Positions 20,951-33,328 are shown, counted from the stretch's first letter. The stretch is DNA of 46,254 nt from Chrysochromulina tobinii (GCA_001275005.1 JWZX01003119.1:1-46254), one strand, 5' to 3'. Notes: generated from the sequence alone by a model not told the origin. Made by a program: numbers and translations.

Positions 20951-23900
20951 ATGGCGAACGCGACAGGCGCACGTCCTGCGACCGCCCCTTCCACCACCGA
21001 TGAGGGCGTGACCGTGGCTGTGCGCATCCGGCCGCTGCTCGCCCGCGATAAGGCTGAGGGTGCGCGCGAGTGCCTGCGCAAGGTCGCCGGCGAGCCGCAG
21101 GTGCTCATTGGCGCCGACCGCGCGTTCACCTACAATCACGTGTACGACCTGGCGGCCTCTCAGGAGGCTGTCTTCGACGGCTGCGTCAAGGGGCTCGTGG
21201 AAAGCGTACTCTCGGGCTACAATGCGACCATCTTCGCGTACGGCCAGACTGGCAGCGGCAAGACGCACACGATGGGCTCGAGCTGCTCAGCCGACGCGGA
21301 GATTCCCGAGGACACTGCGCTCACCGAGGACTCTGGGCTGATCCCGCGCGCGATCGCTGCGCTCTTCGCCGGCGCCGCGGCGACCGAGGGCACCGAGTGT
21401 CGCGCGACTGCCGCCTTCATCGAGATCTACTGCGAGGAGGTGCAAGATCTCCTCCAGTGGAATGCGGAGGAGAGCAAGCTCACGACACTTCCCATCCGAG
21501 AGACTCCCGACGGCAGCCTGACGTTGAGCGGCCAGAAGCGGCGCGCCGTGAGCTCGGTGGCCGAGGCGATGCGCGTGCTCGCCGACGGCTCCCGCAACCG
21601 CGCGACCGGCTCCACGGCGATGAATGCGACCTCGTCGCGCTCGCATGCCATCTTCTCTCTCGAGCTCGATCTCAAGGTGCGATGTTGGCCATCGGAGTGA
21701 CATCGGAGTGCCAACGGAGTGACTTCGGAGTGCCATCTGAGTGCCATCTGAGTGTCATCAAGTTCCACTGACGGGCAAGATGATAGTCCGACGTGTGAAA
21801 GGCAAGACCTTCTGAGTATGACCACTGATGGCCACTGATGACCACTGATGTGATGACCACTGATGTGATGACCACTGATGACCACTGATGTGATGACCAC
21901 TGATGACCACTGATGACCACTGATGACCACTGATGACAGGTGAAAGGCAAGACCTTCTCGCCCAAGCTGCACTTTGTCGACCTGGCAGGCTCTGAGCGTG
22001 CGAAGCGGACCGGGGCGAGTGGAGAGCGCCTCAAGGAGGGCATTGAGATTAACAAGGGTCTTCTCGCGCTTGGGAACGTCATCAACGCGCTCTGCGAGAA
22101 GCACTCTCACGTGCCCTACCGCGACAGCAAGCTCACGCGTCTGCTCCAGGTGAGTGCCCCTGATTGCGCCCCAGTGCTCCTGATTGCCACTGATTGCAAC
22201 CGAGTGCCCCTAACTGCAACTTGATTGCTTCTCGTCGAGAGCCGCTGATGGGTACTGATGTGCGCTCGTGCCGGTACTGCAGGATTCACTGGGCGGCAAT
22301 TCGAAGACGCTCATGCTCGCGTGTGTCTCGCCCGGAGATGCCGATCTCGAGGAGACGCTCAATACGCTCAAGTACGCGAACCGCGCGCGCCAAATTAAGA
22401 ACAAGCCGGTTGTCGCGCAGGACCCAATGCAGGCGCGCCTCTCCGAGCTGGTGGAGACGATCAGCACGCTGCAGACGCGCCTGACGCACTACGAGGCGGG
22501 CGGCGCGCCGCTGCCTCCCCTCGCGCAGCTGGGTGCGCTGGGGACGAGTGCCGCGGGCGGTGCGAGCGGCGCGGGCGCGGCCTCAGCCGACCAGGTGACG
22601 GCGTTGATGAAGCGCCACTGATCGCCACTGATTGCCACTGATTATGGCCACCGATGACCACCGATGACCACCGATGACCACTGATGGCCACTGATGGCCA
22701 CCGATGACCACCGATGACCACCGATGACCACTTCCTGATTGGCGCAGGTGAAGGCACTGATGAAGCGTGTGGCGCAGCTCGAGAAGGAGAATTGCATGCT
22801 GCGAGAGCGAATCGCACAGCATGTCGCTCCGCTCAGCGGAGTTGCGGGCGCGGCGGCGGCGGCGGCGACGGGCGAGGTGGGCACGGTGGAGCCAGCCTCG
22901 GAGGCGGCGGAGGGCGACGAGGGCGGCGAGGAGGCGGCGGCATATGCGGCCGAGGCGATGGAGGCGGAGCTCGAATTCCAGACCAAGCAAGGTGATTGGC
23001 GCTGAGTGCCACTGATGATCGCTGAGTCTCACTCTTGATAGTGCCACTGATGAATATGTCCTCTGATGAATATGTCAACTGATGATGGCTGCGTGCCACT
23101 GATGATCGCGAAGTCTCTCTCTTGATGGCGCCACTGATGATGGCGATGAATGTCCACTGATCCTTGCTCCACTCATGGCGCAGGTGAGCTGTCCGAGCAG
23201 CTCGAGACTCTGAATGCGTCCCTCGCCATCAAGCAGGCTCTCCTCGCGGCGCAGCGCGAGCGCGAGGGGCGCGGCAGCTCGGCTACTGAAGGCGGCGAGG
23301 GCGGCGTGGACCTGGCCGGAGGGGAGGGCGGCGTGACGGAGGATGTCAACTCACTGCAGCAGCAGCTCGCGAGCCTCGAAGTGAAGCTCGCCGCCGTCGA
23401 GACCGAGCGCGATGCCTTGGCCATGCGCCAGGTGCGCGCGTCGTCCCGAGCGCACATCACGGCGCTCTGAGAGCGATCTCGAACGAGCTCGATCGAGCTC
23501 GAGCCCGATGCCCGATGGAGATGATGTCGGCAAACATAATCTATCCCACTGACCGACTGAAAAGTCCTCATGATAGACGACCACTGCTCGCCACTGATCC
23601 ATGAAGCACCACCCCTTGCTTCAGCTCCCCACCCCTTCCCCTTTGCCCCAAACCCCTATCCCGTACTCTCACCGCCTTCCCTCACGCTGACCGTGCCGTG
23701 AACGGCGGTGCTGTGCCGGGTGATGCTGTCACGGGTGCAGGCGAGCGGGAAGGCAGCCGACGCGCGTAAGCTCGAGGCCCTCGAGGCGGAGATCGCGAGA
23801 TTGCGCCGGCAGCACGCGCAGCAGGCGACCGTCCTCCAGGTGAGTGCCACTGATGGCCTTTGATGGCCTCGGAGCGCCTTTGATCGCCACCCTTTGGTGC

Positions 23901-26858
23901 TCCAGGCGAAACGCGAGGCGGCGGAGCGCGTGGCGCAGCTGCAGAACGAGATCGAGCTCATCAGGGCCCAAAAGGCCGAAATCGGGCGGAGGCAGCGGGA
24001 GGAGGCCGCGTCGCACCGGGCACACAAGGTGGCGCGCGAGCATGAGTTTCGTCAATTGCAGCGCAAGGAGGAGCGGACGGCGTCGCAGCTCGCGAGGCTC
24101 GAGCTCGAGTACGAGAATGACGCCGTGATTGTGCCGTGATCGTGATTGTGTCGAGATTGTGTCGAGATCGTGATTGTGCCGTGATCGTACAATCCCTCTG
24201 CGGGGTGCCTCTTGATTGCCGCGGATTCCCTCTTGATGACCTTTTGGTTGCCTCTTGATAGCCGCTGATGCGCACTGGCTGGGTGCGCGCAGATACGCGA
24301 AGCAGGCGAGCGTGCTCAAGCGTAAGCAGGAGGAGATCGTCGCCGCGCAGAAGAAGATGCGCTCTCAGGAGGAGATGGCCAAGGCGGCGGCAGCCCGCCG
24401 ACAGGGAGCCCCCAGTGCAGCAACCGCCGGTCCGGGCGGCGGTCAAGGCGGCGGTCCGGGCGGCGGTCCCGGCGGCGGAGGGGGCGTCAACGGCGGCGGC
24501 ACGACTCCACGAATGCCTCTCGGGGGTTCGAACGGCAATGGCGCTCACAACGGCGCCCCGCCGCTCTCGGCACGCGGCACCAAGCCCGGGGGGGGGCTGG
24601 GGGGATCCTCGGGGTCTACCCGCCCGAGCGTCTCGATGGCCACCACGGCTTCGATGCAGGCGAAGCAGGAGGGTAAACGCGCTGATGAGGCCGACAAGGT
24701 GCGCGGGGTGCATCTCTCTGAGGTGGATCCTCTTGAGTGCATCTCTGAGTGCGCCTCTGGGTGTGCCTCTGATGACTTCCCTGATGACCTATCTGATGAC
24801 CTCGGTGAGCATTTTCGCTGAGCTTTTCGCCGTGCTTGCAGGCGGTGTCGGCGATGGCGGCGCGGCCCGCGGCATGGCTCAAGGAGGAGGTGACGGCCGT
24901 TACAGCAGGCCAGCAGCTTCGGGAGCAGGTGAGTGCGATGATTGGCACTGAGTGCTATGGATGGCTTCGGATGGCCACTGAATGCAACCGTTGCGCTGCT
25001 CCAGGTGGCAATGACGATTGAGCTCCGTCGTCAGTGTGCCCTCAAGCTGCAAGCCATCGAGCTGCGGGCGGAGGAGGCGTCACAGGCGATGACAGCCTAT
25101 GAGGGCGGCGACGCGAGCTCATCCGCGGCCGAGGCGGCGGCGGAGATGGCGTCACGCCAGGCGGAGGCAGAGGCCCTTCGCCTCAAGGTCGCTCATTACT
25201 CGTCGGAGCTGGTGAGCTTGCAGACGAAACTCGTTCACCAGGAGTCGTCGGAGACGGCGGTGGCGAAGCTCGAGGCGGTACCCGACCTGAAGCAGGCTAA
25301 GGCGATGCTCAAGGCGGCCTTCCCACAGGTGATTGCGACCGATGGCCTCTCGTCGCACTCATGGCGCTACTGATCCCTACCGATCCCTACCGATGATGGT
25401 CTGATGGGTGCAGATTGCGACTGCTTGCGACTGATTGCGGCTTTGACTCATTTTTCTCTCATTACGACTCATTGCGGCTATGTCCTCCTTGTCATCCATT
25501 CCACAGCTCGTCAACCTGCAGCTGAGCGTGCACAAGCGCGAGCAGCAGCTCGAGGCCAAGGCGCGCGAGGTGAGCGATGCCAGCTGATTGCTCATGATTG
25601 CTCATGATTGCAGCTGGAGGCCAAGGCGCGCAAATGAGCGACGCAGTTGAGCTCGCCTCGTGTGCAGCTGATTGCGATTGACTCGTCTTTCATGCGTTGC
25701 ATGCAGGTGAGCGACGCTGTCGAGCTCGCCTCCTCACTGCGTGTGCAGCTCGTGCGTGAGCGCAAGCAGGCCGACACACGCTCACACGAAGCACACACCG
25801 CGATGGCCCTCGCCGACGAGCGCGCGCGAGCGCTGCAGCGTCAGCTCGAGGCGCTGTCGCGCGCGAACGGGGCTGCCCAGGGCGGCGCGGCACAGGACGC
25901 GAGGGCTGCCGTGGCTTCAGAGATGGAGGCCGTGCCGCCGCTTCCCGCGCTGAAGAGCGATGTGGGCAGCTGTGCAGACCTTGACAAGAGGCTCGCGCAG
26001 ATCAAGGCGAAGCATGCTGCGGCACCGAGCTTTGCACTGCCCATCGCCCCTCCGCCAGCGCCAAAGGGCGCGGCGGAGGCGGCGGCTCTGAAGGCCGCGC
26101 CTGCGGCCGCTTCGTCAAAGCAGGCTGCTCGTCGTCTGTCTATGATCAAGCTCGCACGCAAAGGGGGGGAAGAGGAAGAAGAGGAGGAGGACGAGGAGGG
26201 GAGTGAGGATGAAGAGGACGAGGAAGAGGACGAGGAAGAGGAAGAGGACAGCGATGTCGATTGGGAGGAGACTGAGGAGGCTCAGATGGTCACCTCGAAG
26301 CGAGAGCGTTCCAAGGCGAAGGAGGCCGCCCCTGTACCGGTACTCGAGCTCGGACTTCGCCCGCGCCGTGGCGGGCGCCGCTCCGCCGACCAGGCAGAGG
26401 ACGCGGGGGACAAGCCCGCGCCGCCTGATGAAAAGGGGACGCCCGCGGAGGTTGGGGGGGGTGGCCTGACGAAACTGGAGGCGAGCTCCGCCGCCAATCC
26501 GGGCGCATCACAACCGACGCCGCCGAACGCGCGACCGTTTGCGCAGATGCAGTCCAAGGAGGCGGGAGATGCGGGCGAGATCGAGCTCACGAGCCTTGAG
26601 AACGTCAAGGGTGCCGCCGCCGCCAAGAAGCTGGGCGCGAAGCCGCGTGCGCCCACGACGACGCCTTCCGCCGCCGCCGCCGCCAAGCCGCGCGCCGCCT
26701 TGGGGCGCATCGATGGCAACGCCGCCGGTGCGGATGTTGCGGGTGGGTTCTCGAAGGCGGTGACGAAACCTGCATCGGCCAAGGGCGAGGCGGGTGGCAC
26801 TCGTAAGTTGCTCAACACGACGCAGGTGGTCTCGGTCAACTTGGTTGACAACGAGTGA
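20951..26858 (+). CDS. Kinesin-4 family motor (KIF4/KIF21/KIF27-like), 12 exons
   Basis: Motor motifs [68 protein letters not shown], then a long coiled coil. Exons 20951-21676, 21940-22149, 22283-22594, 22748-22991, 23184-23431, 23741-23839, 23906-24108, 24293-24698, 24842-24928, 25005-25328, 25507-25569, 25707-26858; all GT-AG and frame-consistent. Confidence 0.9.
21818..21937 (+). repeat. Intronic 10-bp array (GACCACTGAT)n
   Basis: Tandem GACCACTGAT units running up to the acceptor of kinesin intron 1. Confidence 0.9.
22614..22731 (+). repeat. Intronic 10-bp array (GCCACTGATT / GACCACCGAT)n
   Basis: Tandem 10-mers filling kinesin intron 3. Confidence 0.9.
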
Positions 26859-27564
26859 GAGAGGTGGCACAAAGACGATGCTGAGGCTGTGGGGGAACTC
26901 AAGGGCTGAGGTGGGTGCGCACGGCACGGGGCATAGGGCTGCGGGAGACGAGCCGCCGCATGGGGCGATGGTAGCTGCGCCTCGAAAGGGGGATTCTCTC
27001 GGATGGATGAGAGTGATAACAATGCCCGCGGCCGCGAGTGGTGGGCCCCGATCGAGTGAGCGCTCCAGTGGCAGTGCCAAAGAATCTGGAACCATGGAGA
27101 TGGATCTTCTGTGCATGAGTAGTGCGCTGACTTCTGCGTTCTGGGTAGGCACCCGTCACTAAGCCCTGTGAGTTGTTCCGGATCGGACGCATGTGCATTG
27201 TGCTGGCCCTTCGCATGAGGTGAGTTACTGAGTGTGTACACTCTGAGTTTGAGTCAAACTGGCAGTTACGATTTTGGAGGTAACGAACGTGGAATTAAGA
27301 TCTAAGACGTCGGAACACGGAAGGGGGGAAGGCGGAAGCTCGGCTGCTCGGGCGTCGGGGGGAAGCGGCGAAGCGGGAGGAACGAACTTGGCAGCGAAAG
27401 GGGCCTCGCTCGCACATGACCTGAATTGACGTTCGTGGTCGACGGTCTGTTTTGAAATCCTGGTACCGGGCTCCGGCCCTTTTCGTGCAAGGTTTTAAGT
27501 TTCGTTATGAACTTTCTTCACAATTATCGCTGAGAAGAAAGGGAAATCGATTCCAGTCAGAGCT

Positions 27565-29796
27565 ATGCAGCGCAGCCTCTCCGACGAGACTGCGCTCGTG
27601 CACACCGAAGGCGAGTGCGTGCCAGCCGCGACCGCGGAGCACGGCCTGCGGAGTCTGGCACACACGGGTCTCGGCAGGTTTCCGCTCGCACCGGATGCCA
27701 CGCGTGCATTGGATGTCGTCGTCGACGAGATCGTCGACAAGGTTCTAGAAGGGGACATGCTTCGCCGTGCTGCGGAGATGGACGAGGATAGCACGTTCTT
27801 TCTGGGTGGCGGCCGTTGGACGTGCACTAATGCTCACATCTCGACCAACATGTGCTACGTCTATGCGGAGAACGAGGAGGCCCTCGCCCTGTTCGACCCA
27901 TTCGCTGACAGTGTCATCCAGTGCCTCGACCCATCCGCGGTCGCGGAGGGCAGGGAGCCACGTCTCAAGCTGTACGGTGCACACTTTGGCGTGGCGGGCC
28001 CGCCGGGCGTGCGTGAGGCCACGCCACATCTCGACTGGGAGGTAGGCCTGCCTCGCGGCGCCGCGTTCTCTCTGATCACACCGCTGCGCCCCTTTTCTTG
28101 CCGGCTTGGTGGTGGTCTCGAGTACTGGCCGACGGGCGGCGTGGATGTGCCATCGCATCGGGAGCCTGGCTGGAGCGTGCGCTATGCAGTCGGAGAGGCC
28201 GTCGTCTTCGACGGCGGTTCCATCGTGCACCGCACCCAACCATTTTATGGAATTCCCGAGTGCGAGTTCCCCGCCTTCGGCTCCGAGGGTCGCCGCCTCC
28301 GCGTGATCGTCCAACTGCTCGTGGCGCTCTCTGAGGAGGGCGGCAGCGGTCGCTGGTGGTCGAGCATCAGGCGTAGCCTCCTCAAGCAGAGTACTGGCTG
28401 GTTCCGGGGTCCACTGCGAGGCGACCAGTGCCAATGCTGGGGCGAGAGCGGAGCGGCCAGCTTGCAACAGTGGGCGCTGCACAGTACTTCGGACCCAGCC
28501 AGCGACGAGTCGTGCCCGGTCTCTGAAGGTCGAGCGAACGGTGCGCCTCCACTGCATCCAGCCGCGGCGCATGCCGATCTGTGCTCGCAGCCTCTGAGCG
28601 GCAGCATCGTGCCCGACACGGCGCCCGCCAAACCCGACGAACCCGAAACCGACGAGTGGCGCCGGTCTCGCCAAGTGGCACTGCAGGCTGACTTTGACTT
28701 GGACGTGCCCGAATTCTCGTCGGAGGAGGAAGCTGAGGACGAGGCGGAGCATGCCGCGGAAGAGCTCGAGCGGGCTCGGTGCGCCGCTGCCGACCCAAGG
28801 CTCCTTGATGAAACCTTGAATTTGGCGCCAGGCAAGGCTTGCACCCTCCTCGTCCCTGTTGGCTGTGGCGAGGAGGCGTGGGACCTGTGGGGGCTCGGCG
28901 AGGTCTTACCGGCTTCTCTCGAGTCGGCCGGCACAGTCGTCTTCTGCGCGCGCTCGGACCCCCGTAATCTCCGCTCGCTCGCCGCATGGGCGCCCGCTGC
29001 GCCGGCCCTCACGCGAGCTCTCGACCACGCGCGCGAAGCCGACGGGTACGTGACGCAAATCTACGCCTCCACGCAGCTCTACGCCTCCTCGCAGGCCCCT
29101 AGCGCGACGGTGCGGCCCACCGCCCGCCCCCTCGCCGTACAAGAGCGGACGGACGGCGAGAGTACGGGCTCGCTCGTCTGGCCAGGCGTCGAGCCGTTGC
29201 GAGCGCTGCTCCCCCTGCTCGACGTGCCGGGACGGCGCGTCCTGGAACTCGGCTCTGGGGTCGGGATCTTGGGGCTCGAGGCGGCGCGACTGGGAGCTCG
29301 GGTTCGGCTCTCGGACACGGCCCGCTACAGCCGGCAGTACCTCAACTTGCAACAGAATGTACAGCGCAATGCCGCCGCGGTTGCGGCGGCAGGTGGCTCA
29401 GCCGAGGTGGTCGACCTCGATTGGGTGGGCACGGCCTTCACACCCGAGCTCGTGGAGGATCTGGCGGCGGAGATTGTGGTGGGCTCTGATGTCCTTCACG
29501 TGGCTTCGTTGGTGCCCGCGCTGCTGGCGACCATCAAGCGATGCATGCGCCCAGACGGCGCGTGCTACCTCTCCTCGCAACATGGACGGGAAGGTAATGA
29601 CTGTGTCCGATCGATGTGCGCTGAATACAACCTCGCACTCTCAGAGGTGATGGTACCGCAGTTGCAAACATCTTGGCAGCTGTTTCGGCAGATGCACGGC
29701 TACTCTGAACTTGATTGTGCTGTGCGCAGCACGTTTGTCTGGAGACTTGTACATGTCGTCGTCCCTGCTCCATCAGCTGCAACACCGATCGGCTAA
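27565..29796 (+). CDS. 2OG-Fe(II) oxygenase-like domain fused to a METTL21-type (seven-beta-strand) lysine methyltransferase
   Basis: N-half: PHLD...GGGLEY...GEAVVFDG..VHRT...R. C-half: TGSLVWPG, VLELGSGVGILGL, LDW, GSDVLH. One uninterrupted 743-aa ORF. Confidence 0.75.
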   Translation: MQRSLSDETALVHTEGECVPAATAEHGLRSLAHTGLGRFPLAPDATRALDVVVDEIVDKVLEGDMLRRAAEMDEDSTFFLGGGRWTCTNAHISTNMCYVYAENEEALALFDPFADSVIQCLDPSAVAEGREPRLKLYGAHFGVAGPPGVREATPHLDWEVGLPRGAAFSLITPLRPFSCRLGGGLEYWPTGGVDVPSHREPGWSVRYAVGEAVVFDGGSIVHRTQPFYGIPECEFPAFGSEGRRLRVIVQLLVALSEEGGSGRWWSSIRRSLLKQSTGWFRGPLRGDQCQCWGESGAASLQQWALHSTSDPASDESCPVSEGRANGAPPLHPAAAHADLCSQPLSGSIVPDTAPAKPDEPETDEWRRSRQVALQADFDLDVPEFSSEEEAEDEAEHAAEELERARCAAADPRLLDETLNLAPGKACTLLVPVGCGEEAWDLWGLGEVLPASLESAGTVVFCARSDPRNLRSLAAWAPAAPALTRALDHAREADGYVTQIYASTQLYASSQAPSATVRPTARPLAVQERTDGESTGSLVWPGVEPLRALLPLLDVPGRRVLELGSGVGILGLEAARLGARVRLSDTARYSRQYLNLQQNVQRNAAAVAAAGGSAEVVDLDWVGTAFTPELVEDLAAEIVVGSDVLHVASLVPALLATIKRCMRPDGACYLSSQHGREGNDCVRSMCAEYNLALSEVMVPQLQTSWQLFRQMHGYSELDCAVRSTFVWRLVHVVVPAPSAATPIG

Positions 29797-30067
29797 TCGA
29801 TATGTCTTTGTTTCACCAGCGGTATGTTGAGGTTCTGGGTTTCCTAAAGAAGGATATACAGTCCGCAATCGTGTGGCCTGTGCCACGGCGGACGCGGACT
29901 CGCGGAAACCGTCGGAATCAGGCGCGCACGCCACCACGTCGCCGCGCACGTCCCCGGGGGTCCTCGTGTTCACGTCGTCGTGGGGATGCTCTTGATCATT
30001 CACATTCTGTGACAGGGTGACACATCGTGACGGCTGACACGTCGGACCATAAAAGGGACAAAAGGCG

Positions 30068-33000
30068 CTAACTCCTCCTCCTCGACCTGGCTCCTCGCCT
30101 GTCAGCGCGCTCCTGATCGCCCTCGTCCCCGGTGGCGGCCGCGTCCCCGCCCCCGCCACCCCAGTGCTCGGGCTCCCGCTCGAGCTTCCACACGGCCTTG
30201 ACGGTGTGCACCCGCGCGGGCATGCTCTTGGCGAATCGCTTATGCTCCGGCGTGCCCGGGCGTGTGCCCTCCGAGGCGGCCTTGAGGGCCTTCTCCTGCG
30301 CGCCCGCGTCGGGCAGCCCGAGGGCCTGCAGCGCCATCGCGGCGAGATACGACACCTCGGTCGGCGTATCGGCGCCGTGGTGGGCGTTCTCATCGAGCAG
30401 CGTGGCGAGCGCCGCGACGGCGCCCGCCTTGAAGGCCGCCTCTTTGGACGCCTTGTTGCCTTTGACGAGCGAGGCGAGGCAGAGCGCGGCGTTCTGTCGC
30501 AGCTCGAGCGCATCCGGCGTCTCACTCGGCGCGTCGTCCTCCGCCTGCTGCCGACGCAGCTCGGCCTCCTCCTCCACCTCCGCCTCACTCAGCAGCGGCG
30601 CCGTCGCGGGCGCCTCTGCCGCGAGCTCCGCAACGGCAGCCGAGAGTGCTTGGACTTCGGTCTGCTGGATCTTCTTGAGGGCCTCCGCGCGCTGGGACTG
30701 CTGGGACTGGTGCTTCTGCCAGCGTGCGTCGGCGAACCCCTCCGCCTCGTCATCCACAGATCTCGCAGTGGACGAGATCGCGCGGCTGCCCTTCTTGGCG
30801 CGCGCCGTGGTGGGCGCGGACGCTGCGGCGGACGTGGACTTCGGCCGATCTCGCTCGGGGAGATCACGCTCGGGGTCGTACGGGCGGATCAGGTCGATGA
30901 GCACCTCGAAGACGCCGGCGACGCGCGCCTCGTCCTGCGCTTCGGGCGTGTTCTGCGCGAGCACCTCGAGGCAGCCAATGGCATTGAGGGTGCCAATGTC
31001 CAGGTGCCCAAGCCGCATCAACTTCACTAGACGCGGCACGGCCCCCAGCTTGATGATCTGCTTGCGCGCCGCGTCGCCCGTCCTGGCTAAAGAGTCGAGG
31101 ATGAGCGCCGCGCGGCGGGCGGGCTTGCGCCCGTCGCCCTGCAGTTGGCGCACCAATAGGACCGCACCGTCCTGGGCGTCGCGCATCGAGCTCTCGATCT
31201 CGGCGATGAGCATTTCGTCACCGCGCTGCATGAGCGCGCTCAGGACGGCGTCGGCCGCCACCCCAAGCTTGCGCGTCGCCCCCTTGACGAGGATTGCGAG
31301 CAGGGGCAGTGCGCCGAGCCGTCGCAGCTCCGCGCAGCTCGTCGCGTCGTTCTCCACCGCCGCGGCGAGCGCCTCGCATGCATTCGTCTTGAGCCCATTC
31401 GGTGCGACTTTCGAGGCCAGTAAGCCGACAAGGCTGGTGAGTGCGCCCATCTCACGCAGCTCGGCCGCGAGGGCGGACGAGCCCGTGCAGAGCGCGCCCA
31501 GGCAGTTGCACGCGGCGCTCGCGGTCGCGGCCGTCGCCGCCGAGCCACCGAGTACCCCATCAAGCAATGGGAGCGTCTCCTGCACCGCCTTCGCCTCGAG
31601 TGCGCGCCGTTGGGCGTCCGAGCCCACGAGTGGATCTCGTGTGAGCGAGGCGATCGCCGAGCACGCCGAGTGCGCCGCGAGCGAGTTGGCGCCGCGGCTG
31701 AGGAGCTGCACGAGCAACGGCAGCCCGCCCCCTTCGAGCACCGCGGCGCAGCAGGGCGGCTCGAAACGCACGAGGATCGCAAGTGCCGCCGCCGCCGGCT
31801 CGACGGATGGGGTCGGCATCCCCGGACGCAGGCAGCGCAGCAGTGGCGGGAGCACCCCCGCCTCGCTCACGAACGCGCCGCGGCAGGGCTTGTGGTCCAC
31901 GAGCGAGCGCACCATCTGGAGCGCCGTCCTAGCGAGCTCCGGCTGCGACGAGCCGACGAGCCGTACGAGTCGTTTCGGCCCATTCGCCTGGACGAGCTGG
32001 GTCAGCAGCGCGGGATGATGCATGCGATTCGCGGCGAGCGCCTGCAGGCTGTTCATGACGTCGAGGAGCGAGCGCGTCGCGAAGGAGTCGCGGTCGAGCA
32101 GCGCGACGATGCGTGGGAGCGCACCCACCTCCGCCAGCCGACCACACCGCTCTCCATCACGTGCACACAGGGCGGCAATCTGCAGAGCGGCCTTGACGCA
32201 AACGTCCTCGTGATCGGACAGCAGAAGATCGCTCAGCGGCTCGAGCTCGACGTTCTCGGCGTGCTTGTCGATGCGCTTGAGCTGCGAGGCCTTGGCCTCG
32301 AGCTCCTTGGCTGGTGCCGCCGGTGCCGCCTTACCGGCCGGTGCCGCTCTACCGGCGCCAGCGCCGGCGCCGGCTCCCTGGGCGGAGGCCGTGGGCGCCC
32401 CCTCGGTGCTCAAGATGACGCTGGCGGCGCCGCCACCGCCCGCCGCGGCGCGCAGTACGTCCTCCTCGATGCCAAAGTCGATCTCCTCCTCGGGCTTCTT
32501 CTCCTGCGCCTTTTCGAGCGCGAGTTCGAGACCCTCCGCCTTGGCCTTCCAATGGTTTGCCGCCTTGACGAGCTTGCGCATCGCAAACTGCATCTCTTCC
32601 GCGAGGAGCTCGCGCTCCTCCGCGAAGAAATGATCGCGCACCTCGGCGTCGTCAAGCACGAAGCGCGCGAGATCGTCCTTCTCGAGGACGGTCGCGTCGG
32701 GCGCACCACCGTCCAGGATGAGTCGCAGCCGCTCGCGCTTCTCCTTGCGGCTCATCGTCGAGCTCCGGTGGCGCTCGGCCGACGCGGCGGTGCTTTGGAG
32801 GTCCGCACGCTTGCGACGCACGGGGCGCAGCCCATGGCGCGCGCGCTGGTCGACGTTCCATCGGTAGATTGGCTCGCGGTCGAAGGGCGGCGGCCTGTCC
32901 GAGAGCGAGATCTGCAGCAGCACGCCGAGAAGGCCCTGAAAGTCTTCATCGCTGCGGCACTTTTCGGCGAGCAGCCGCACGTGCGCCCAGAAAGCCTGGT

Positions 33001-33070
33001 CGATCTCGCCATCCTTGCCGCAGGCAATCTCCCACGCGGTGGAGAAGACCTCACCCAACACATCCTGCAT
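30068..33070 (-). CDS. Armadillo-repeat protein
   Basis: 1000-aa ORF with repeated GALPRIVALL, GGLPLLVQLL, GALTSLVGLL, GAVPRLVKLM and GAVAALATLL ARM motifs. The start codon could be further downstream. Confidence 0.85.
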   Translation of the reverse strand: MQDVLGEVFSTAWEIACGKDGEIDQAFWAHVRLLAEKCRSDEDFQGLLGVLLQISLSDRPPPFDREPIYRWNVDQRARHGLRPVRRKRADLQSTAASAERHRSSTMSRKEKRERLRLILDGGAPDATVLEKDDLARFVLDDAEVRDHFFAEERELLAEEMQFAMRKLVKAANHWKAKAEGLELALEKAQEKKPEEEIDFGIEEDVLRAAAGGGGAASVILSTEGAPTASAQGAGAGAGAGRAAPAGKAAPAAPAKELEAKASQLKRIDKHAENVELEPLSDLLLSDHEDVCVKAALQIAALCARDGERCGRLAEVGALPRIVALLDRDSFATRSLLDVMNSLQALAANRMHHPALLTQLVQANGPKRLVRLVGSSQPELARTALQMVRSLVDHKPCRGAFVSEAGVLPPLLRCLRPGMPTPSVEPAAAALAILVRFEPPCCAAVLEGGGLPLLVQLLSRGANSLAAHSACSAIASLTRDPLVGSDAQRRALEAKAVQETLPLLDGVLGGSAATAATASAACNCLGALCTGSSALAAELREMGALTSLVGLLASKVAPNGLKTNACEALAAAVENDATSCAELRRLGALPLLAILVKGATRKLGVAADAVLSALMQRGDEMLIAEIESSMRDAQDGAVLLVRQLQGDGRKPARRAALILDSLARTGDAARKQIIKLGAVPRLVKLMRLGHLDIGTLNAIGCLEVLAQNTPEAQDEARVAGVFEVLIDLIRPYDPERDLPERDRPKSTSAAASAPTTARAKKGSRAISSTARSVDDEAEGFADARWQKHQSQQSQRAEALKKIQQTEVQALSAAVAELAAEAPATAPLLSEAEVEEEAELRRQQAEDDAPSETPDALELRQNAALCLASLVKGNKASKEAAFKAGAVAALATLLDENAHHGADTPTEVSYLAAMALQALGLPDAGAQEKALKAASEGTRPGTPEHKRFAKSMPARVHTVKAVWKLEREPEHWGGGGGDAAATGDEGDQERADRRGARSRRRS

Positions 33071-33328
33071 GTAAACGGTTCACGCGGAATTCGACACCCT
33101 GACTTGTAACCTTTGGCAGATATTCGCGCATTCAGCCCCCATTGAGGGGTATTCTTCTGGAACCAGAGGGACGCTCGATTCCGATTTCCGATAGGCGATC
33201 TCGCCCGGTGTCGTCAACAAGCTCGCCAGGCACTTCATTAGTGTCCTTCGCCCCCGAACAGCAGCCGCCGCGCGGCAGGGTCGCTGCCGACCCGTGATCA
33301 AGGTATTGAAAAGACCGAACGAGCCCCA

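Noticed and set aside
26160..26255. Purine-rich GAG/GAA tract
   Set aside because: It simply encodes an acidic E/D stretch in the kinesin tail.
30132..33109. Long plus-strand ORFs (628 aa, 499 aa) opposite the ARM gene
   Set aside because: Antisense shadows expected from high GC and codon bias; no motifs, and the minus-strand ORF has clear ARM repeats.
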